The position numbers and the translations under genes are program-made. Of a stretch of DNA of 44,382 bases, positions 37,765-44,382 are shown one piece after another (within the stretch, counting starts at the first letter, position 1; every line of letters starts with the position of its first letter). The notes under the pieces were generated by a model. It ran no database searches. It had not been told where the DNA came from and saw only the letters and a program-made list of their open reading frames with translations. Source of the stretch: a virus (Duplodnaviria; Heunggongvirae; Uroviricota; Caudoviricetes); the IMG/VR virus record IMGVR_UViG_3300029846_000001. One strand, 5' to 3'.

Positions 37765-40168
37765 AAATTATGTAAGAGACAAACAACCAAAAACATTATG
37801 GAGTAAAATTGGTCCGTTTGTAAAACTTAGAGAATATCTGGCATCTAATATAACACCTGACGTGTATGCTAATGAAAGAGGATTAAAAACCAAAATAATG
37901 GAATTTTTTGGTCAAGATGTTCCGAAAGCCAATGTAGATGATTTTAGTCAGAATCTTTGGTTTAGATTCTTAAACCAACCAAATAATCTGAAAGAAGAAA
38001 ATGGGATTGTCAGAATACCAGACAATATCAAATCCATTATATCTGACAGGATAAATGGTGGGTGGGAGAAAATGACTAAAAAATATGGAAGGGAGCTTGA
38101 TTCCTTAGATAATAAGATAATTGATGGAAAAGTTGCAGGCAAGGACGTATCTGATTTGGAGGAGTTAAGGGATGTAACAAGTAGGAAACTTGGAATGGTG
38201 GAAGAGGGAATAGATCTCTTAAAAAAAGCCAGAACTGGAGAACATCAGGTATTTAACGAATACAATTTTATACCAGATGCTTACGGCGATTTAAATGATT
38301 TATCAGGCTTATCAAGTTTCACTATGTACCGTGATGATAGAGGTAGGATGGTCGTAAAAGATAAGTATGATTTTTATAGAAGCGATCAACCTCTTGGTGT
38401 AGGGATTGTTACTAAGATTCTTGATACAATAGGATACCCGTTTGATATTCTGGATTATGTAGAAGATAAGAATCCATATGAAGAGAATGATCCAAACAAG
38501 GTTTTGTTGAAATCCGCCATTGATTCCAAGAATGATCTGGATAAAAAAATGAAGATAAGATCTAAAAAACAAGGAGGGGATTCTTCTAAGCCGGAAATAG
38601 ATTGGGATTTATTCAAATCCAAATATGAAAATATGAAGCGCGTGGGTAAGGGTACGCACCGCACTATGGACGTAGATGGAATGAATATGATCTATGATGC
38701 TTTATATGATAAAGGTTTCAATCAACGCCAGATAGAAGCCGTACTTGGAAATATTATTGAAGAATCTGGTGGTAATCCCTATGCCGTATCTGATTATGGA
38801 GGGTTTAAGGGACTTTTCCAAGAATCCGATAAAAGATATCCACCCAAAGAGTTTGAGAAAGATAAAGAGCGATTTAAGGGGGATAAGCGTGGATATATCA
38901 ATTACATGATAGACAGATTTTATGATCATGTTCAAGATGCTGGGATGTATAGTATAAAGGATACTAAATACAATAAAGCCATTCATGCAGTAAGCGAATT
39001 TATGTCAGAAGATCCAGATACGGATTATTCGTATCCACTTGTGTATGCTTTTGAAGCTCCATCAGATAAAGAAGGAACTTATAAAAATAGAAAAAGCGTA
39101 TCAAATTTAATAAGCCAATCTTACGTTTCGAATAATGTTGATAAATTAGATGATGATGATAAAAAGGATGATAATATTATTAATGCCATTCTTGGTATAA
39201 AAAACGATCTTGAATTACAAGACCCGATTTCCACTACAAGAGGCGAAGCCTTTAAAGAAGCCAGGAAAAGAGGTCTTAAGGAATTTACGTGGAATGGAAA
39301 GAGATACAATACCAATATCAAGAAAGAAGGTGGCGTGGTTGGTAAACAGCGTGAAGCATATGAATATTTTACTAATAAAAGAGGCATGTCTAAGATACAG
39401 GCGCTCGCTATCATAGGTAATCTCATGGCTGAATCCGGTCTTAAAGATGACATATACGGAGACAACAGAACATCATACGGCATACAGCAATGGCACAATG
39501 AGCGCATGGATAAGTTATTCAATCACGCCAAAAAGAAAGGACATTCTACACCCACATTCAAAGACCAACTTGAGTTCTTAGCTGATGAATACGAAGGGAA
39601 AACCGGATATTCTAATTTCTTATACACAAGAAAAGGAAAAGAAGGACCAGGGTATTACAACTACAGCCGGCAGGACTTCATGAACGCCGATAACCTTAAA
39701 GATGCTGTAGTAGCTTGGAACCAAGGAGCAGGACGTCCTCATAAGAGTGTTATAAGAAACGATGACCGTTATAATTATGCTATGGAGGTTGCTAAAAATC
39801 TTGGTTTGGAAATTGAAGAAAATTCCGTATCTTCGTATGGTCAAATGGGATTCGGAGATGATGCTGAAATAGCAGCATCGGTAACACTTCCAGAGGTAGA
39901 AGTGGCAGCCGCCCTTCCTAACCCGGAAGCCCCGTCCCAGGAGGGACAGTCCGAGGAAGAGAGATTCCGTACATGGACTGAAACGTATGGTAAGGACATC
40001 GTAAATCATTTACTGACGTTAGACGGGAAAAAGGATGGTGATGACAGTGATTACAGCATGATGTATAAACAGCATGAAAAAGAAAGCGAAGAGGATAAGA
40101 AAATGGCTTTGATTAATGCCGTGCTTCCCAATATACAACTTCGCATTAAAGGCGTCACTGATAATTAG
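37748..40168 (+). CDS. virion (ejection-type) protein with two phage tail lysozyme-like domains
   Basis: GFNQRQIEAVLGNIIEESGGNP...GLFQ and GMSKIQALAIIGNLMAESGL...YGIQQW. Confidence 0.78.
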   Translation: MAKKTKNYVRDKQPKTLWSKIGPFVKLREYLASNITPDVYANERGLKTKIMEFFGQDVPKANVDDFSQNLWFRFLNQPNNLKEENGIVRIPDNIKSIISDRINGGWEKMTKKYGRELDSLDNKIIDGKVAGKDVSDLEELRDVTSRKLGMVEEGIDLLKKARTGEHQVFNEYNFIPDAYGDLNDLSGLSSFTMYRDDRGRMVVKDKYDFYRSDQPLGVGIVTKILDTIGYPFDILDYVEDKNPYEENDPNKVLLKSAIDSKNDLDKKMKIRSKKQGGDSSKPEIDWDLFKSKYENMKRVGKGTHRTMDVDGMNMIYDALYDKGFNQRQIEAVLGNIIEESGGNPYAVSDYGGFKGLFQESDKRYPPKEFEKDKERFKGDKRGYINYMIDRFYDHVQDAGMYSIKDTKYNKAIHAVSEFMSEDPDTDYSYPLVYAFEAPSDKEGTYKNRKSVSNLISQSYVSNNVDKLDDDDKKDDNIINAILGIKNDLELQDPISTTRGEAFKEARKRGLKEFTWNGKRYNTNIKKEGGVVGKQREAYEYFTNKRGMSKIQALAIIGNLMAESGLKDDIYGDNRTSYGIQQWHNERMDKLFNHAKKKGHSTPTFKDQLEFLADEYEGKTGYSNFLYTRKGKEGPGYYNYSRQDFMNADNLKDAVVAWNQGAGRPHKSVIRNDDRYNYAMEVAKNLGLEIEENSVSSYGQMGFGDDAEIAASVTLPEVEVAAALPNPEAPSQEGQSEEERFRTWTETYGKDIVNHLLTLDGKKDGDDSDYSMMYKQHEKESEEDKKMALINAVLPNIQLRIKGVTDN

Positions 40169-40430
40169 AACAATATTATTTTATTTCTCATATTAATAAA
40201 GCGAAGCCGGATTTGAGACTCGTTATGCGGATACCGAAGGTTGAAGAACGATATCAAGATAATCCGGCTTTTTTGTGCGATTTCGTGAAGGATGGAACTA
40301 TCATCGCCTTGGTTTAACAGAACAGACCTACGTACCTCCACTGTCCTGACGGGCATGGGAGCCCGTCTCGCCTACCAGCCTGCCTAATTCTCCACTGGCT
40401 ACCTAATATAACTATTAACGTCACTCCATC

Positions 40431-40605
40431 ACCTATCTCCTTTCAGTCGATAGGTTCAGTCGTTTTTTAAATGTTATATGTTCTTTCGCATCGTTCCCTT
40501 CGGTCACGATACTCAATCTTTTCACACAATTAGGCGAACAATACGATGACGGAAAAAATAATTTGTCAATCCGTTCACTCACTTAACTCCCTTCGGTCGT
40601 TAAGT
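40431..40605. repeat. three hairpins sharing loop TCCYTTCRGTC
   Basis: ACCTATC/GATAGGT (40431-40455), ATCGT/ACGAT (40490-40510), ACTTAAC/GTTAAGT (40581-40605). Confidence 0.85.
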
Positions 40606-40922
40606 TCATTCACTGTAAACAATTATATGAATAAATGGTAAAGTATATAAAATAATATAAATAATATAATGAGTAAGATCATTGAAAATGGTCTTAATAT
40701 TAAGGAAAACGGAGACTATTCATAGGCGTAGTTTTAATTCAAGATTTGTTGTCCCACCACTGACGGTCAGCCGGTTACGTTCAGAGTCGTTTTCCTGTCT
40801 CTTATCCAAACCGTCATAAAATAAAAAACCTTGTATCCTATTTCTCTCAAACCGGATACAAGGCAGTGCATTTTCTTCTTTTTATATAAAATCATATATT
40901 TGCACTAAACAACAAAAACAAC

Positions 40923-41942
40923 ATGGAGACAAAAATAACTGAAATAATGAATCCTCACAAGTTACACGACAAGCTCTTCAAGAAAGAGCAGGTCTCTCCG
41001 ATAGAAGTTATATACAATAGCTTCAGCAACTTAGGGTACAATGTAGTACGCCGTCCAGCCGGTCAGTGTTTAGGCAATTTGAGATATTTTAATCTATTTT
41101 ACGACAAACATACTCATCATTTCTATCAGAAAAACAGGAAGTTGAGATATTGTAGTAATTTTCTCATATCTGATTACTGGAAAGATAGAGTGCGATGTTT
41201 CATAGTTTGGAACTTTGGATTTGGAAGATTCTTTCCGTACAATGACTTTATTGAGGCTATGGTTTATGATTATCTTCGATATGGGAGAAAGTCAGTTCCT
41301 TATCTTAAAAGCGTGCAAGAGGCTGAAGAAAAGTGTGTAAGGTTCTATATCCGGTCTCAGATAGATATGCTTCGTAAGGAAGGATATGCCGCTTATCGGG
41401 CTAAGTTCAAGGAAGAACGTCCTCAGTATTTCATCGGAGACGATAGGACGGTGTTTAGATGCCTTGACAGCTCTTTAAAAAGAGAAGAGAAGATTGCTGC
41501 ATGCGTAGCCCACAAAAGGGCCTTAAAAGAAGGGATAATGACTTCCTTCATTAATCACCTTAAGAAACATCCTACCACTTTATATTCGTGGTTTTCATCA
41601 GAGGTAGATAGCGAAGGAAAGAATAGGCTCTGTCTATCTGAAAAGGCTGTTTCGTATTTGAATAAGAGACTGGTTCGCAATGGGTTAAAGTCTCTTTCTG
41701 CATCATATCTTTTTAGAACGTTTAGAAAAATGGTGAAGATCTTGTTCGGTTCCAATGTCAGGTCGTTTTTGAATAGCTGTCTGATGTCTGTTTCAACAGA
41801 AGAGGTTTTAACCAAATCTATGAAGAAAATAGTTTCCAAGACAGTGCTGTTTTTGTACAAGAGAGCGCTTAAGAACTATCGCCGGGCATGCGGTCTTAAG
41901 TACGACCCTGATTCGGGCGGTTTGTCTGCCGTACATGATTGA
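40923..41942 (+). CDS. basic hypothetical protein, possibly DNA-binding/replication initiator-like
   Basis: 339-aa Lys/Arg-rich ORF with own TATATTTG element (40895-40902); function inferred only from context. Confidence 0.55.
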   Translation: METKITEIMNPHKLHDKLFKKEQVSPIEVIYNSFSNLGYNVVRRPAGQCLGNLRYFNLFYDKHTHHFYQKNRKLRYCSNFLISDYWKDRVRCFIVWNFGFGRFFPYNDFIEAMVYDYLRYGRKSVPYLKSVQEAEEKCVRFYIRSQIDMLRKEGYAAYRAKFKEERPQYFIGDDRTVFRCLDSSLKREEKIAACVAHKRALKEGIMTSFINHLKKHPTTLYSWFSSEVDSEGKNRLCLSEKAVSYLNKRLVRNGLKSLSASYLFRTFRKMVKILFGSNVRSFLNSCLMSVSTEEVLTKSMKKIVSKTVLFLYKRALKNYRRACGLKYDPDSGGLSAVHD

Positions 41943-42010
41943 TTTTTAAACGTATCCCATAACGTTGGATTTTCTCGTTCGTTTCTCTTATCTTTGTGAA
42001 AAAAGATAGT

Positions 42011-44382
42011 ATGAGATTACGAATCATAAAAAATCGTCCGATATTCGCTCCTGGCGGTAGTGTTCAGGATAAGAGACAGGATATTAATGTATCCTCTACT
42101 CAGCCTATTCTTGATTATGGAACGCCTGTTAATAAATGGGGTGAATCTGATATTCAGAATATATATATGCCTTCTGATGTGACTTTAGAAACAGAGGAGG
42201 GGGAGATAAATCCATTTAGTAGTATGCCTACATCCGATCCGTTTTTTGAAAATCATGATGCAGGATATGCAGGATATCTCGCTGATAATAGGGGCATGGT
42301 TAAAAACGTAGAGAAATCAGTCGTTGATAATGCAATGAATTTAGGTGGTGTTGATGCTGATTCCTCTAAAGAAAAACGTTCCCAAGATGGTAATCCTCTT
42401 GATCCTATGACTACCCCATATTATTCACCTGATCTAACCGGCAGAGCTCAAATGTTCGGTACAAGTCTTGGTCGGATAAGAGCCGGTAATAAGGTCGGTG
42501 CTAATGTGGCTCAAGCTGCCTTGTCCGGTGTTAGTTTAGGATTAGGTCTTACTCGTAATATCATGGGAGCTTCATCTGCTGCGTATGCAGCCAGCAGAGA
42601 CGAGCAGGCGGCGAGGGAAAAGCTCGAAAAAGAGCGCCGGCAGCAGTTTATCCGATGGGAACGTGAAGGCGGTGGTGTTAACCTCGGAAATGGACAGAGA
42701 ATAGATTCTTCCGATTTGACAGGAGAATACATTTACCCTCTTCCTAAATCTATGGAGGATAATGCTAATGTTGAGATAGAAAAAGGAGAATATGTTTCGA
42801 CTCCGGATGATGTTGGTCCTATGGAGGCAAAAGGTAACAGGCATGAAGACGGCGGCACTCCCGTTGATTTGCCAGAAGCTCATATTATTTCAGATTACCG
42901 TACTATTGATGATGATTTTGCTTCTTACGTAAGGGAAAATTATGGCATTAGAGCTACGGAAAAAGATACATATGCTACGCTTCTTGATAGGTACAAGAAA
43001 AAAATAGGATTGTCCGAAAAGTATGATGATCAGGAACGTGTTTTCAAGAGGCTGGAAAAGAATAAGGATGTTAAGGATAAAAATACTTCTGAGTTGAATA
43101 AGTCTATTCTTTCCAAGTACGTAAATGATAATCAAAAGGAAATAGACGAACTTGAGGTGCAATTCAGGTCTTTTGCTGATATTGTCTATAACAAACAAGA
43201 GGAATCCAAGCGCCAAGAAAAGATAGATGCTTTCTTTAGAGATGGCGGAAAGGTTGATTTAAATGCCGTAAGAAAGCAGGCTAAGGCTCTTAACGTATCT
43301 GAATCTGATGCTAAAAATTGGATATACGATGAGTATGTAAAGAGAGTTAGGAAAATGGCTGAAGGCGGCCCTACCAAAGAGCAAATAGAGTGGGGTAAGA
43401 AAGTACAGCAGCTTTTAATGAAGCAGTTTGGACGTGCTCTTAATATGTCTATAGTAGATGTTGCAGACAGAGAGCAGATCCTTAATCCTGATTCTGGTGT
43501 AAATTCTAATCAAAATCTGCAACACAGAAGCAGTTCCGGTTATGGTAGGGTAAACAACAAAGCTATTTCTAATTTGCTTGATATTAACCGTTGGGCTAAT
43601 AAATACAATACGGATGGAGATTTTAATACAGAAGGATTCCAGACTGGATACAATAGCCAACTAAACAACCTATGGGCTTTGGCAGAATCAGGTGCTATAG
43701 CCAATGCCGAAAAAGCCAAGAAATTTAGAGACGAATACGGATTTTGGGGAGAAGATGCTGGTAAGTACGACCAAGGAAGTAAATCGGCATATAACTCATT
43801 TGCCGTAGATGACAAATTTGGGCAAACTACGGCAACCAGATCATTTTATGGATTGGATGTAGTTACTCCTGAACAAAAGAGATTGTTGAACGAAAAAGGG
43901 ATAAAGAATTATGTTGACTTATTTGGTGATAAATCTGATGCAGCTAAGAAGATTCTGGGTGCCGATTATAATAAGTTTGCTGCTTTAAAAGATAGCGGTT
44001 TGATGTCAGAAACAGACTTTGTTTTAGAAGCCGTAAATCCGGCATCAAAACCTATAGAAGCTGAACCTGTAGGAACCGGCGCTAAATCTCCCAACCCAGG
44101 TTCTCCAGGCAGGATAGAAGTGAAGAAAGAAAATCCTGTTATTAATACTACTGTAGAAACGGAAGCTGAGGAAGAAGATGATACAAACGGAAGAAAAGGT
44201 GTCAATCCTGCTTTATCAGGCCCTATATTCCCTGAGATGTTGAGGATGCTTGATACTGGATTAGAGATAGAGGGATTGGAAAGGCATCAGGCTCCGAGAA
44301 TAGACCCAGTTCTGCAATCTGCTGATCAGTATATCAACGAGCTCAACCGTGCGACATCAGCTCAGTTGGACGCAGTAGGTGA
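42011..44382 (+). CDS. large virion (ejection/cargo-type) protein, runs off window end
   Basis: Not in ORF track (no stop in window); MRLRIIKNRPIFAPGGSV...ANVEIEKGEY...GNRHEDGGTPV; preceded by TATCTTTG (41989-41996). Confidence 0.75.
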   Translation, partial: MRLRIIKNRPIFAPGGSVQDKRQDINVSSTQPILDYGTPVNKWGESDIQNIYMPSDVTLETEEGEINPFSSMPTSDPFFENHDAGYAGYLADNRGMVKNVEKSVVDNAMNLGGVDADSSKEKRSQDGNPLDPMTTPYYSPDLTGRAQMFGTSLGRIRAGNKVGANVAQAALSGVSLGLGLTRNIMGASSAAYAASRDEQAAREKLEKERRQQFIRWEREGGGVNLGNGQRIDSSDLTGEYIYPLPKSMEDNANVEIEKGEYVSTPDDVGPMEAKGNRHEDGGTPVDLPEAHIISDYRTIDDDFASYVRENYGIRATEKDTYATLLDRYKKKIGLSEKYDDQERVFKRLEKNKDVKDKNTSELNKSILSKYVNDNQKEIDELEVQFRSFADIVYNKQEESKRQEKIDAFFRDGGKVDLNAVRKQAKALNVSESDAKNWIYDEYVKRVRKMAEGGPTKEQIEWGKKVQQLLMKQFGRALNMSIVDVADREQILNPDSGVNSNQNLQHRSSSGYGRVNNKAISNLLDINRWANKYNTDGDFNTEGFQTGYNSQLNNLWALAESGAIANAEKAKKFRDEYGFWGEDAGKYDQGSKSAYNSFAVDDKFGQTTATRSFYGLDVVTPEQKRLLNEKGIKNYVDLFGDKSDAAKKILGADYNKFAALKDSGLMSETDFVLEAVNPASKPIEAEPVGTGAKSPNPGSPGRIEVKKENPVINTTVETEAEEEDDTNGRKGVNPALSGPIFPEMLRMLDTGLEIEGLERHQAPRIDPVLQSADQYINELNRATSAQLDAVG

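Overview
A 44 kb slice of an AT-rich Bacteroidota-infecting tailed phage. Host inference comes from repeated TAnnTTTG promoter elements and DUF5977/BACON-like modules, with crAss-type tail genes. Almost all genes are on the + strand and form the virion/lysis module: tail fibre-like genes, M15 endolysin-holin-spanin, Cys-rich repeat adhesins, tail ring/stabilisation proteins and ejection-type proteins with lysozyme domains. Several accessory cassettes are embedded in it. (1) A diversity-generating retroelement (target 6787-8844, VR 8702-8809, TR 9166-9273, RT to 10766) with 16/16 VR-TR differences at TR adenines, an array of GCA-triloop hairpins after the VR, no visible avd gene, and an RT with a ~120-aa C-terminal extension. 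(2) A Ro60/TROVE gene preceded by three tandem Y-RNA-like ncRNAs on one scaffold: one with the permuted YrlA-type tRNA mimic and two with normally ordered cloverleaves with GTA and TTT anticodon loops. (3) Two different TnpB elements: an IS605-type copy truncated at the window start, and one bounded by 33-bp terminal inverted repeats and a 5-bp target duplication whose TnpB has a rearranged RuvC-II site. (4) BRO and KilA-N morons and a structured intergenic region before an orphan basic protein. All protein family calls come from motif recognition by eye, not database searches.
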